Part shown: positions 43,921 through 57,686 of the stretch, piece by piece
How positions within the stretch are numbered: the stretch's first letter is position 1
How the letters are laid out: every line of letters starts with the position of its first letter
Source of the DNA: Octopus vulgaris
Lineage: Eukaryota
DNA: 64,000 nt
Assembly (NCBI GenBank): GCA_951406725.2
Contig: OX597826.1
Location: 28,830,001 to 28,894,000, forward strand
Reading direction: 5' to 3'
The notes under the pieces: model-generated
What the model saw: the letters and a program-made list of their open reading frames with translations, nothing else
Database searches by the model: none
What the model was told of the DNA's origin: nothing
Made by a program: the position numbers and the translations under genes

Positions 43921-44164
43921 ATTATATATATATATTATATTATATATATACATATATATATACATAAAGAGAGAGAGAGAGAGAGAGCGAGATGTACACA
44001 CACACACACACACACACATACACACACACATGCATGTGTGTGCACATTACTCTCTCTCTCTCTGCATTTTAAATTGATGTAATGATTGCATTGTTCAATT
44101 AAATGGAGTTGCATGAAATGATCGTACTGCATTACCTCTGGATATCCTTGTTGCTTATTTTGAT

Positions 44165-44238
<74 letters not shown>

Positions 44239-44763
44239 TAAAAGAATAGAACATATGCATATATATAAACATATATGTACGTACCTACCTCTACATGTAC
44301 ATATACACGCATATATGTGTACAGGACACCAAAAAGACGTCGAACACATAGAGAGACGAAAGACATAGACACAAACCAAGGAAGAGGACAAGAAAAAATG
44401 GAGTACAGGACAATTAGCACAACGAAAAAACCCCTTCTTCAGTCGCTAAGGTTTCATCTACTCTACGTTTCGAAGGATAAAAGCGAGACGTATCTTCGAA
44501 GAAACTTCCTTCCTGCGAAAAGCAAATCAATTAAAATTCTGAGATCTTTTCGCAGAGGGGTAAAAAATGGTAAAAAAAAAGCAAGACGGTAACGACAGTA
44601 CAAACAAATAAACAGTAAAAAAAAATATATATATAAACAGTGGAAAAATAAATATATAACAGTAAGAGACAGGACAAGGAGAACAAGATAAGAAGGGCTG
44701 TTTACGCCAGACGAAAAAAGTATTGCAAACGCTGGATTATAGTACAGAGACAGAGACAGAGAT

Positions 44764-44837
<74 letters not shown>

Positions 44838-44839
<2 letters not shown>

Positions 44840-45692
44840 CAACCTTGCCCTTCATTCTTTCGGAAGTCGATGAAATAAATACCAGTTACCTACTGGAATC
44901 GATTAGACCCTTACCCCCAAAGTTCGGGCCTTATTATTATTTCTAAGGCAGTGCACTGGCAGAATCGTTAGAACGTCGGACAAAACGGTTTGTAGCATTT
45001 ATTCCGGCTCTTTCCGTCATCAGTTCAAATTCCCCTGTGAAGTCGATAAAATAATCTGGTTACCATCAACTCCAGTCAAGCACCGGTGTTAGTGGTAGCC
45101 ATTATCCTTTCGGAGTTGATAAAATAAGTACCAGTTGAACACTGGGGTTGATGTAATCGACTCACACCCCTCTCTCTCGAAATTGCTGGCCTTGTGCCAA
45201 AATTTGAAACCAATGATTTTTAATTGAGTTTACAAGGACGAGAAATTTTTGTAGTGAGGAAGCAGTCGATAATATATCGAACGCCAGTACATGATTGGTA
45301 CATTATTTCATCTAAGATGAAGAGCAAAGTCCACCTCGGCAGGTGTTGAACTCAAAACATAAAGGAATGTTAAGAAATACAGCAAGGCATTTTTGTGCAA
45401 CGCTTTTTAGATTCTGCGAATCCAAAGTGAAGAAACGAAGAATGAGAACAAAACCAAAAACAAAAACGCTAGGACAGAACAATTATGGTTTATGATTTAG
45501 GCACAAGGCCAGCAATTTTGAGAGGAGGGGTTTTGAGTCGATTACATCAACCCCAGTGTTCAACTGGTACTTATTTTATCGACCCCGGAAGGATAAAAGT
45601 CAAAGTCAACCTCGATAAAATTTGAACTCAGAACATAAAGACGGGCAAAATGCATGCTCGATGTGCTAACGAATCTGCCAGATCGGTGCCTT
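44838..45692. mobile_element. Cluster of family-A SINEs in both orientations
   Basis: Plus copies at ~44838-45215 and minus copies at ~45230-45425 and 45487-45692. Confidence 0.75.
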
Positions 45693-45821
45693 CCAAATTA
45701 CAAATTATTATAATTTTCATCAATACAAGTTATTAGTCAATTAATAGTATCTTTAGCGTGTTGAACTAGAAGATCATTGTTATTTGTTCCCGCTAGTTAT
45801 ATACTAAGTTCAAATTCAGTC

Positions 45822-46005
45822 ATGTGACTGCGGCCATGCTGGAGCACCGCCTTTTAGTCGAGCAAATCGACCCCAGGACTTATTCTTTGTAAGCCTAGTA
45901 CTTATTCTATCGGTCTCTTTTTGCCGAACCGCTAAGTTATAGGGACGTAAACACACCAGCATCGGTTGTCAAGCGATGTTGGGGGAACAAACACAGACAC
46001 ACAAA

Positions 46006-46046
<41 letters not shown>

Positions 46047-46250
46047 ACATATATATATATATATATATTTCTACATATACATATATACGACGGGCTTCTT
46101 TCAGTTTCCGTCCACCAAATCCATTCACAAGGCTTTGGTCGGCCCGAGGCTATTGTAGAAGACTCTTGCCCAAGGTGCCACGCAGTGGGACTGAGCCCGG
46201 AACCATGTGGTTGGTAAGCAAGCTACTTCCTACACAGCCACTTCTGCGCA
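45822..46250 (-). mobile_element. tRNA-derived SINE family B with internal (TA)n/(TG)n
   Basis: Head GTGGCTGTGTAGG..GGTTCCGGGCTCAGTCCC, then GTGGCACCTTGGGCAAG and GTGGACGGAAACTGAAAGAAGCCCGTCG, a microsatellite, then CGTCCCTATAACTTAGCGGTTCGGC..CAGCATGGCCGCAGTCA. Confidence 0.85.
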
Positions 46251-46556
46251 CATGTGCGTAACATTTTTATAAATTACAGACGCAGTTATAATTTAGATGA
46301 AATTTTGGCTGAGTATGAGAGTGGACATGTTTATGTAGACCATTATGAAATTTTAAAAATTCTTATAAAAAAAAAAGAAAAAACCACATTCCTAGCGAAT
46401 TCTATGTAAGAGTCAGAGGAATTTTTCCAAGCTTGCCTAAAGCTTTGCCGGTACTCTAGAGCTACTTGTTCTTGACAATCTAATATCTTCTACATTATTT
46501 ATACTATTTACATTATTTACATTTGACGGGTATTTGTCGTCATCTTGTTTGTTGTT

Positions 46557-46602
46557 AACACAACGTTTCGGCTAATATACTCTCCAGCCTTCATCAGGTG
46601 TC
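46557..46602 (-). ncRNA. Minimal type I hammerhead ribozyme motif
   Basis: GACAC-CUGAUGA-A-GGCUG..UAGCC-GAAACGUU-GUGUU; palindromic AACGUU replaces stem III. Confidence 0.7.
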
Positions 46603-46797
46603 TTGGAGAAATTTCGAACCAGGGTTCTCATTCCTAAGGTATTTTCAGATGTTGTTCTTATTATTATTAAGGTCACTGCCTGGAATCGAACTCGGAATCT
46701 TGTGGTTAGTAGCCCGCGCTCTTAACCACTACTGGCATATGCCGTGGCGTCCCAAGTTCGATTCCAGGCAGTGACCTTAATAATAATGGTAATAATA

Positions 46798-46925
<128 letters not shown>

Positions 46926-46969
46926 AATTACAACATCGAAATGAGAATCCAGGTTCGAAATTTCCCCAA

Positions 46970-47015
46970 GACACCTGAAGAAGGCTGGAGGGTATATCAA
47001 CCGAAACGTTGTGTT
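46970..47015 (+). ncRNA. Minimal type I hammerhead ribozyme motif
   Basis: GACAC-CUGAAGA-A-GGCUG..CAACC-GAAACGUU-GUGUU, with one stem II mismatch. Confidence 0.62.
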
Positions 47016-47269
47016 AACAACAAACAAGATGACAAATATCCGTCAATTGTAAATAATGTCAATTGTAAATAATGTAAATAATATACATAATTCATCATCT
47101 CTTAAATACAGAACTAATATCTTCTGTTTCACTAAGTCTTTATCTTTGCAATCAGCTACACTCATAGCAGAATAGACCTCTAAAATTTCCCCAGTAAGCT
47201 GAGTTTGGGGTAGTATTGAACACTTATTTTTAGGCCATTTCAATAACTCAGCTGTTTTCTCAAGCATTC

Positions 47270-47507
47270 TCGAGCCACGCCAGGCTCATTAGGGCCGGTT
47301 TCCCGATTTCATTGGCGGATGTATTCCCCACGTAGACGGGTCGCCAGTCTATTGTAGGGTTACTCACTTTTGTTACTTGAGTGGACTGCAGCAACATGAA
47401 ATGAGGTGTTTTGCTCAAGAACACCACGCGTCGCTCGGTTCAGGAATCGAAACCAGAATCTTACGATCATGAGTCCAACTCCCTAACCACTAAGCCACGC
47501 GCCTTCA
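47270..47507 (-). mobile_element. tRNA-derived SINE family C
   Basis: GAAGGCGCGTGGCTTAGTGGTTAGGG (A box), GTTTCGATTCC (B box), then TTGAGCAAAACAC..GTCCACTCA..AACCCT. Confidence 0.75.
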
Positions 47508-47899
47508 AGGGTCGAAAGCATAAAGATCTCGACTAATATGACGGAAGTTCGGTGGAATGGCGGGATCCTTAGTGCGTTACACAAAATGCCTTGCGTTGAT
47601 TGTTGAGAAGATATGCGTCCTGCGTTCAAATGACACCAAGATCAATTGGGCTTTTCACCATTTCGGAGTCAATAGAACATACGACCAATGAAGATTGTGG
47701 GGTCGATATAATCAACTAACCTACTTCCGCTATAATTTCTTCCTTTTTGCCGTTACTAGAAATTATGAGAGAGTGGTGGAGTCACTTAGGGAATCGGACA
47801 AAACGATTTGTGGCATTTGCTTCGGCTCCTTGCTGGGACTTTCAATAAAAGAAAGAAGGAAGTACCAGTAAAGTACTGATGTGGACCCCGTCCACTGAC

Positions 47900-49371
47900 C
47901 CCCTCCCCGTCTCCACCCCCACCATCAGCATCGTCACAACCACCGCCATCACTTCGCATCATTCGTCATCATTTGCATCATCATCATCATCATCATCATC
48001 ATCGTCATCTTTATTGTCATCATCTTTTTCGTCGTTATCATCGCCGGCGTCAGCAATATCGTCACCAACGCCATCGTCGTCACCATCCTCATCACCATCA
48101 TCATCTTCGTTATCATCAGCATCACCACCAACACCACCAACACCACCGCCGCCGCAATCATTATAGTCGTTGCCATCCTCCTTCAGTCTACACCTCCTCC
48201 TCCTCCTCATCATCATCATCATTATCATTTTTTATATTATTATCACCATCTCAACCACCACCACCACTACCACCTCCACCACCACTATAATCACCACCAC
48301 GACTATAACTAACACCACCACCACCACCACCGCCATACCTCTACCACCACCACGACTACTACTACTACTACAACTTCAACCACCAATCACTACCACTTCT
48401 AACCATCACCTCCACTACCACTGACTGCATTCGCCTTCCATACCATCACAACCGCCGTCGCCGCCATTCTCCTCTACGTATATTATATATTATAAATGCG
48501 TGTATTACACGTGACATAAATAGTGAAACAAGAGGAAGACAGATCTAAACCTAGCTTCTGTAGCATTCACATTTTTCAATGTAAATGAGGAAAAAAAAAT
48601 TAATGTTTTTTTTGTTTTTTTTGTGTTACTTTTGGTATTTTTGGGTTTTACAAAAATACCATTCTTTTAATTAGTTTTAAGCTTGGGCGATTAATTATTA
48701 GAGAAAATGAATAAAGTCTGCCTACAATATTCTTGTAGGAAAGAATTAAATTCCATTTGTGTAAATGCAATTAAAACTCGTTAATTAAAGTTTCTTTGTC
48801 AGAAGTTTATTCTAAATTGTGTTTCAATATAATTAATTACCCAACGAGAGGAAGAAGAAGAAGAAGGAGGGGAGGAGGAGGAGGAGGAAGGAGAAGAGGA
48901 AGGAAGGAGACGAGTAGTAGTAGTAGTAAAAGGTGTTGTAGTAGTAGAAGTAGTAACAGCAGCAATTTCAATGATAGAAGAAGAAGAAGAAGAAGAAATA
49001 TTGCCGCTGTTACGACGACGACGACGATGATGATGATGATGATGACGACGACGACGACGACGACGACGATGATGATGATGATGATGATGGATGATGACGA
49101 TGATGATGATGATTTTTCGGTTTTTAAAGTCATTTATTAATACATCACGAAGTAGTGATTTGCTTTTTTGTTGTTCTTCTGATTGTTGCTGTGGTTGTTC
49201 TTGCTGTTGGTGTTGTACCGGACTTCGTTGATACACTGATGAAGATGATAACGGTGGTGATGGCGATGATGATGATGGTGGTGGTGATGGTGATGGTGGT
49301 GGTGGAGGTGGAGGTGGTGGTGGTGATGCTGATGGCAATGATGATGCTAACGACGAGGACGAGGAGGAAGT

Positions 49372-49421
<50 letters not shown>

Positions 49422-49830
49422 TGCTGGTGGTGTTTGCGATACTGACGCAGTGGTTCTGCTGATAGTAATGGTGGCGGCGGTGGTGGTGGCCGTGGTGGTG
49501 ATGGTGGTGGTGGTGGTGGTTGAGGGTATATTGTGGGTTGGTGCAAGAGAGGAGAGGTGATGGCGACAAAACACTGCGCTGCTTGCGATGATGATGACGA
49601 TGATGCTGCAATTGCTGCTGTGGATGATGATGATGATGACACTGGAAGTTATATTGGTGGTGTCGGCGGTTGTGGTATTAGTAAGAAAGGTGTGGACGCT
49701 GATGGTGGTGGTGGTGGTCATCGTCGTGGTCGTGGTGAGTATAAAATGCTGTTGGTGGTCGGGGCTTGTAGCGAGCGGTCGTGGTCGTCGTGGTCCGTGG
49801 TGGTGATGGTTAGCGGGGGCTGGGGAGGGG
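47900..49830. repeat. CAT/CAC/GAT/GGT trinucleotide low-complexity blocks
   Basis: Direct reading. Confidence 0.85.
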
Positions 49831-50332
49831 TTTGAGGGGAGGGGAGGTCGGGGAGGAGGAAGAGGAGGGGGAGATGGTGATGGTGGAGTGGGTCGGGGGT
49901 GGGGTGTTGTTTTTATTAATTACTCAGATTAATTTCTTTCAGGCCGCTTTTAGCCAATTTACTTCCTATACAGTCACATATCTCCGTCTCTCCCTATCTC
50001 TCTACATCTCTCTCCCCCTTCTCTCTTTCTCTCTCATACATACGCGCACGCGCGCACAGTCACATACACATACAGACCTTCTCTCTCTCTCTTTCTCATA
50101 TACACACATGCACATGTATGTATGTATTATATATTTATGGATGAATGGATGGATGTATGCGTATATACACGCGTATTGACACAGTCTCATGCTTAACTTC
50201 ATCTTTTTAATTCTTTCACAATATATACATATACGTGTTTATATATGTATATACACACACACACAAATGTATAATATAAACACATGCTTATTGCAACTCC
50301 TCTCGCTCCTTGTCTCTCTTTTTATATATGTC

Positions 50333-50381
<49 letters not shown>

Positions 50382-50404
50382 AGAAAATGCACACAGATAA
50401 TGGA

Positions 50405-50453
<49 letters not shown>

Positions 50454-50560
50454 GACATACAATTTATGTGCGTTTAATCAATATTTATTTTATCAAACAA
50501 TCTAACACTTTATCTGTCTAAAAATGTTATGTGATATAATCTGTTTCTATCTATCTATCC

Positions 50561-50644
<84 letters not shown>

Positions 50645-50711
50645 CTCTCTCTATCTATCAATCAATTAGATCTATATTGGTATGTAATATATATTATACA
50701 TACACACACAC

Positions 50712-50840
<129 letters not shown>

Positions 50841-50849
50841 CAGATAGAC

Positions 50850-50897
<48 letters not shown>

Positions 50898-51682
50898 GTA
50901 TATGTATATTAGATATATATATATATATGTGTGTGTGTATGTGTATAGGTGTATATATGAAACTATCTCTGTATCTATCTCTCTATCTTTCTTTATCCTA
51001 AACCGCTGCCTGTATCTTTTTCCACACACACCCTTTCTCTTCACTTCATCCCTCCCCATCGCTCTCTTTCTGTCTCTCACCCGTCTCTCTCTCTCTGTGT
51101 CTCTGTCTTTCTATCTCTTTCCTCTCTCCCCTCCCTTCTTCACCCAAACCTCCACCCCCATCCCCTTTCATTCTAGCTTTCTTTTGATATTTTCACCTCA
51201 CTTTCCCCCTCCATCTGTGTCTCCTATTAGCCACTTCGCCAGGCACAGACTCTCCCTCTCTCTCTCTTTCTCTCCCCCCTCTCTCTCTCTCTCCCATACT
51301 CTCATTCATCTATGCGACAACACACCTCCTCTTCATACTTCTCTTGCCAGCAGACATCCCCACCCTGCGTTGTCACACCTCCACCCCTTTATCTGGCACC
51401 CGCATCAGATCCTCTCTCGTTCACCAAATCATTACACTCGTTTTGTTTCGTCTTCATCAGCGCCTCGCTCGTTAAGTTTTGACAACGTTGCTGATTGACA
51501 TTTTACGCAATGACAGAGGTAGCGAGGGAGGCGGTGAGAGGAAGGCGGCAGCGAGGAGGCTATATGGAGGCGGGGAGCAAGGCAGTGGTGGTGTCGGCGG
51601 CGGATGTGGTGGCGTCTGCGTGGTGGTGGTAAACAAGTCGTAACGATGGTGATGGTGTTGTTATTATTAAAGATGGTGGTGT

Positions 51683-51995
51683 GGGCGACGAACTGGCAAA
51701 ATCGTAAGCACGCCGGACGAAAGGTTTGGAGGTATTTCGTCCGTCCTTACGTTCTGAGTTCAATCTCCGCCGAGGTCGACTTGGGGTCGATAAAATAAGT
51801 TCCAGTTTAACATTGGGGCCGATGTAATCGACTCTTGCCTTCCCCTAAAATTGCTGCCCTTGTGACAAAATTTGAAACTATTATTAAAGATGGCGGCAGT
51901 CGTTTGGCGGTATTTCGTCTGCCGCTACGTTCTGAGTTGAAATTCCGCTGAGGTCGACTTTGCTTTTCATCCTTTTGGAATCAATTAAATAAGTA
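51683..51995 (+). mobile_element. Two family-A SINE copies
   Basis: GGCGACGAACTGGCAAAATCG head, GTTCTGAGTTCAA B box, core and tail; the second copy is partial. Confidence 0.75.
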
Positions 51996-52024
51996 AACAC
52001 ACACACACACACACTTATATATAT

Positions 52025-52085
<61 letters not shown>

Positions 52086-52247
52086 TCCCGGGTTGAGTCG
52101 GGGTTAACCACAGTAAATAAGGTACTCAATACATAGCAGAGTAAATTAATTTATTTTATAGAAGGAGCTTCTACAGGACTAGAACTGTTTCATTCAAAAG
52201 AAATCATCAGGAAGCTAGTATAAATGCCAAAACAACTCTTGTCTACT

Positions 52248-52298
52248 AGCTTCCTGATGATTTCTTTTGAATGAAACAGTTCTAGTTCTGTAGAAGCT
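52248..52298 (+). ncRNA. Type I hammerhead ribozyme motif (mirror copy on minus strand at 52166-52216)
   Basis: AGCUUC-CUGAUGA-UUUCUUUUGAAU-GAA-ACAG(UUCUAGUU)CUGU-A/GAAGCU: perfect 6-bp stem I, 4-bp stem III, GUA triplet; stem II weak. Confidence 0.7.
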
Positions 52299-52309
52299 CC
52301 TTCTATAAA

Positions 52310-52373
<64 letters not shown>

Positions 52374-52609
52374 GTAAAAAAATACAAACTGGGACAAGAA
52401 CGTAAAACATTTAGAAGACGATACAAAAAACACGGACGGGACATTCGAAGCCTTCAATCTTCAGTCAAGAACCGGATCATCTTCGCAATTTCGGCTGATT
52501 AATCTTGAGATTGCTCCGATCTGGCCAGCCCCAAAGGAAAATCTAAGCCAAGCGCATTAGATTCCTTTGAAGAAAGCCTCGAATGTATACAAAACAAGGA
52601 CGGAAAACC

Positions 52610-52703
<94 letters not shown>

Positions 52704-52927
52704 GAAACCATATATTAGGACTGGCGCTGATGCTATACACACGTGCAACCACCCTCAAGGGCATTAATTCACCTCCCCTGCCACAATTACTGGTATATAG
52801 TTTTGCTGTTGATTTTTTCAGTTACTTCTATCGATACTACACCATCTACTATTGAATAAGAGAAAGCGAGCGAGAGGGAGAGACAGAAAATAAGAAAGAA
52901 AGAAAGAAAAAAAATAGAAAGAAAGAT

Positions 52928-52962
<35 letters not shown>

Positions 52963-53081
52963 AAGAAAGGAAGAAACATGAAAGAATGAAAGAAAGAGGG
53001 AAGAGGGGGAGTCAGAGAGTGTGAATGAAAAGTGGGAAAGTAAAAAAATTGTACAAAATCTAAGTGAAAAAGACTGTGAGG

Positions 53082-53133
<52 letters not shown>

Positions 53134-53389
53134 ATGAGAGACGGTGAGAGAGAGCATGAGAGACGGTGAGAGGGGCAAAGAGAAAGAAAGTGAGATGGTG
53201 TGTGGAAAAGAGAAAGATAGTGCAAGAATCGGAGAAATAGAAAGTGAAATGGCAAGAGAAATATGGAGGCGGGGAGAGAAAAAGTGAGACGGAGAGAGTA
53301 CAGAAACTGTAAAATCAGAGAGAGGAAGGAGAGAAGGGGAGGAATGAGAGGGAAAAGCTCAGAGAGAATTAGAGAGAGATGGATAGACT

Positions 53390-53422
<33 letters not shown>

Positions 53423-53769
53423 GAGAGAAGGAAAGACCCGGGAGTGGTTGAGGTGTGTATGAAGAAAGCTTGGAGGCAGGAAGCGGAACCAAAGGCAATA
53501 AAATTGTCACTGAGCTGTGTCACACTTGACAACTACGTGGGACAATGAAGCGTATCTGATACACATGACAGGGACAAGTGTCATAACGAGATTTAGTGTG
53601 TCACGTTAGAGACAGAGACAATAGTGATTGCCCAAGTTAAGATATACGCCCACCATTGGTGGTGCAAGGGACAGAGCGGGAGTGGGTGCGATAAAGTTGA
53701 TTACATCGTTAGGGAACGACCACCTCTGCTTTGTTTCTTCTTCTTCTTCTTCTTCTTCTTCTTCTTCTT

Positions 53770-53800
<31 letters not shown>

Positions 53801-53854
53801 TTCTTCTTCTTCTTCTTCTTCTTCTTTCTTCTTCTTCTTCTTCTTATTATTATT

Positions 53855-53892
<38 letters not shown>

Positions 53893-54029
53893 CTTTACTA
53901 TAATGCATACCGTGTGCACTTGCCGCACATTTTTTTAAAACGCCTTTCATTCTAAGTAATTTCCCCGCACTTTTCTGTCCGTCACTACTTTGTTCCCTTC
54001 ACCAGTCGCCCGTATGGCCTATAAAAGAA

Positions 54030-54610
54030 ATCATCACCATCATCACCATCAGCAGCAACAGCAGCATCACCACCACCAACACCATCAAACCATCCTCCAC
54101 TTCATCACCACCACCACAAGCACCACCACCATCATCATACCATCCTCTTCCTTTTCTTTACTACGACACCAACACCACCACCATCATCACCACCACCATC
54201 ACCACCACCACCACCACCACCATTTCCATCACCACTGCCACCATTACCATCATCATCACCACCACCAATACCACCATTATACCATCCTCCTCTTCATCAT
54301 CGCCACCACCGCCACCACCACCACCACAACACCACCATTATTACCATCATCATCACCTCTATCCTCATACCACCCTCTTCCTCATCGTCATCACCACCAC
54401 TACCACCACTACCATCACCACTGCCACCATTACCATCATTATCACCACCACCAATACCACCATTATACCATCCTCCTCTTCATCATCGCCATCACCGCCA
54501 CCACCACCACCACAACACCACCATTATTACCATCATCATCACCTCTATCCTCATACCGTCAACCTCCTGATCATCATATCATCATCATCATCATCATCAT
54601 CATTATGATT
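54030..54610. repeat. CAC/CAT low-complexity block containing a ~146-bp direct duplication
   Basis: ~54226-54371 recurs at ~54411-54557. Confidence 0.8.
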
Positions 54611-54755
54611 ATTATTCCTGCTCTCCGAAGATGCTTACAAGATCCTCTTTTAAACAAAATGTTTTATTAGATTAAATAGTCCTTGTTTTATTTGTTTTGT
54701 TTTGCCTTGCTTTATTGTTGCTGTTGTTACTGTTATTTTTATTAAAATTTCGCAC

Positions 54756-55130
54756 AGGCGCAGGACTAGCCGTATGGTAAGTAGCTTGCGTTCAGTCCAT
54801 TGCGTGGCACCTTGGGCAAGTGTCTTCTACTATAGCCTCGGGCCTTGTGAGTGGATTTGGTAGACGGAAACTGAAAGAATCCCGTCGTACATATATATAT
54901 GTATATGTGTGTGTGTGTGGGGGGTGTCTGTGTGTCTGTGTTTGTCTCCCCAACATCGCTCGAAACCGATGTTGGTGTGTTTACGTCCCCGTAACTTAGC
55001 TGTTCGGCAGACGAGACCGATAGGATAAGTACTAGGCTTAGAAATACTAAGTCCTAGGGTCGATTTGTTCGACTAAAGGCGGTGTTCCAGCATGGCCGCA
55101 ATCAAATGACTGAAACAAATAAAAAAGAAA
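54756..55130 (+). mobile_element. SINE family B copy
   Basis: GGCGCAGG head, GTGGCACCTTGGGCAAGTGTCTTCTACTATAGCC, and a 3' module ending GACTGAAACAAATAAAA. Confidence 0.8.
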
Positions 55131-55199
55131 AAAGAAAAGTTTTCTGGGTAAATCCGACAGTTTGCATAAAAGAAAAAGGAAACAATATTCCATAAAAAA

Positions 55200-55800
55200 A
55201 ACGTATTTTTAAAAATCAAAAGATATTAACTAGATTTATAGCTGGGAGGTAACAGTTTCCTCGAAGTAGCTGCCTTCAGCTTCCAGCGTGGCCTCAAAAT
55301 GGTTCTAGAACCCTGTGCGTGCGTTCTTCACTATGTCCTTGGAAAAACTTTCGAACACCTGCTTGGTCTTGGTCACCATCTCGGCCTTAGTGTTGCAGGC
55401 AGAGTGGTTGCGTGTCTTTCTAAACCGTGTCCACACATAGTAAATCCATGAGATTACAGTCGGGGAAATTAAGAGGCCAGAAATTGGGGTTGATGGAGTC
55501 GTAGAAATTCTCCGACAACCACATCTAACTCTTTCCGGATGCATGGCAAGGCTCTAAAACGTGATGCTATACTTATAGCCTTCCAGCACCAACCCTCTCC
55601 ACCCAGGGATTGACTACAGTCTCTAGCAGCTTGACGTAATCGTCTGAATTGAGCCTGGAGCCCTGTTCAAAGGTGTGGGGCGGCTTGACGTCACCTTCAC
55701 CGAAGACACCCACAGACCATCATCTTTCTGTTGACCTCGGTTTCGTAGTCTCCGTTGCGGCTGTCCATGTCAAGTCTTACATCCTTTACAGTGTTAACAG
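55200..55800 (-). mobile_element. Decayed Tc1/mariner-superfamily (maT/DD37D-like) transposase 3' portion
   Basis: PCHASGKS, WLSENFY..NFWPLNFPDCNLMD, YYVW, SACNTKAEMV and EAEGSYFE across frameshifts. Confidence 0.65.
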
Positions 55801-56624
55801 AGCATTGAGCAGCAGTTATGATGTCAGCATTTCGATACCCGGTGCGAATCACCATGCTACAGTTTTTCACAATATTCAGATGAATTCCAGTCCTCCATGT
55901 CAGTTAACTTTTTCTCAACCAACACATTAATCTCTATACTCGGCAGCGCCGTTAACCAATCACCCATACATCAAGCTGTTTCTGAAAAAGGAGACCTAAA
56001 AAATCAAATTTAGCCCAAGCAATAACTTTCCAAAGCTTAGAGCGTTCCCCTATAATGAAAAGAGTGATTTTGTATTTTAAATTTTGTAATTTTTGGACAA
56101 AGTTTAGTTTTTTTTTGTCACGTTATCCTCAAAAATATATAAGTGGTTTCAAATGTTCCACGCACCCCCACCCCTTAAATTACCCGAAAACTGATAATGA
56201 ACTAATTTAACAGATTTCACAAACACATATACACATACAAAAAAGAAAGAAACCAAGGAAAAAATACAGAATTATAACTGCATCGTAAAATATTAACGGA
56301 GGCTGCGACCAAAAAGAAAACACAGATATTTTAACATCGTATTTGAATACCTCGAGGAACAATATCAAAAACAACATCAACATCAACGAAAACAACAGCA
56401 ACTAACGTATATATACAGGTAGTACTTCAAACCAAAATAATGCAAGCAATTACAAGACGCTATTTTTATTTATAAGTGTTATCTAATATAAAACTCACTT
56501 CAACAAGGAGCATTTTGCTCAAAGAATTAAAGCTTGGCGGTATTTTGTCCACATGAACATAAAGAGACCAAAGAAATTGTAACTCGCTAACTTCCACTAC
56601 GCCAAAAATAAGGTTGATTTCGTA

Positions 56625-57175
56625 CATTAGCACAAGACCAAATGTTTTGGTTAAAAACTCACAGCCTGAACTCTTCCTCGGAATACGACTAGGGCTTTAT
56701 TTGATCAACCCCAGAAAGACGAAAAGATAAAGCTGGCCCCGGTAGAATTTGAACCCAGAACTAAAAGGATGTAATTAAATAACGAAAGGATTTGTCTGGC
56801 ACACTGACGACCCATCCAACTTACAGCCCTTAATTGCTTCTGAATTTAGGCATAAGGTCGATTAATCGATTATATTGTCCCCAATGTTTGATTGGTACAT
56901 TTTTATCAATCCTTGAAGAGATGAATGTAAAGTGAACGACATTAGGATTTGAAACCAGAACCACCACCAACAACAACAGCAGCAGCGGCAACAATAATAA
57001 TCCTTTCTACTATAGTAGGCACAAGGCCTGAAATTTGGGGGTATGGGTACTTATTTCATCGACCCCCGAAAGGATGAAAAGCAAAGTCGACCTCGGTGGT
57101 ATTTGAACTCAGAATGTAAAGTCGGACGAAATGCTGCTAAGCATTTCGCCTGGCGTGCTATCAATTCGGCCAGCT
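56625..57175 (-). mobile_element. Decayed family-A SINE cluster
   Basis: Repeated GAAAGGATGAAA..GTCGACCTCGG..TTTGAACTCAGAA-like motifs. Confidence 0.65.
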
Positions 57176-57191
57176 GTGCAAAGGTAATAAC

Positions 57192-57255
<64 letters not shown>

Positions 57256-57686
57256 GTAATAATAATAATAATAATAATAACAATGGTTTCAAATTTTGCC
57301 ACAAGACGGCAGTTTTGGAATCGATGGTGGTGATGGTAGTGGATGTTGTCACGATTGTGTTGATGTCGGTGGTCTGGGTGTTAATAGTGGTATTGATGGG
57401 GGTGACATAGACAAATTTCGTCGTGAAGCTGGCGGTGTCGCTAGTATTATTGGTGACGGTAGTGGTAGTGCTGATGGTAGTGAGGGTGGGTGGTAGTAAT
57501 GGGGGGTTTTAGCGTTGGTAGAGGTGAAGTGGGCGTGTGGTGGATTTTGTCGTGAGACTGATGATGGAAGAATCGATCATAGTGATAATGGTAGCGGTGG
57601 TGGGGTGGGGTGAGGTGGGGTGGTGTGGTGTGGTGGGGGTGATGGTGGTGGTGGTGCTGATGGTGGTGGTGGTGGTGGTTGTGACG

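Noticed and set aside
46668-46745. Functional tRNA gene
   Set aside because: Acceptor and anticodon stems do not pair properly; treated as a tRNA-derived head. The same applies to the SINE heads.
48799-49835. 270-aa His/Ser/Pro/Gln-rich ORF and overlapping ORFs
   Set aside because: Stop-poor trinucleotide sequence open in several frames on both strands, with no domain. A UTR or low-complexity exon cannot be fully excluded.
51440-51465. CTGATGA-AGAC-GAAAC on the minus strand
   Set aside because: Hammerhead core words but no stem I, II or III pairing.
53990-54670. 226-aa His-rich ORF
   Set aside because: CAC/CAT low-complexity sequence with a local duplication.
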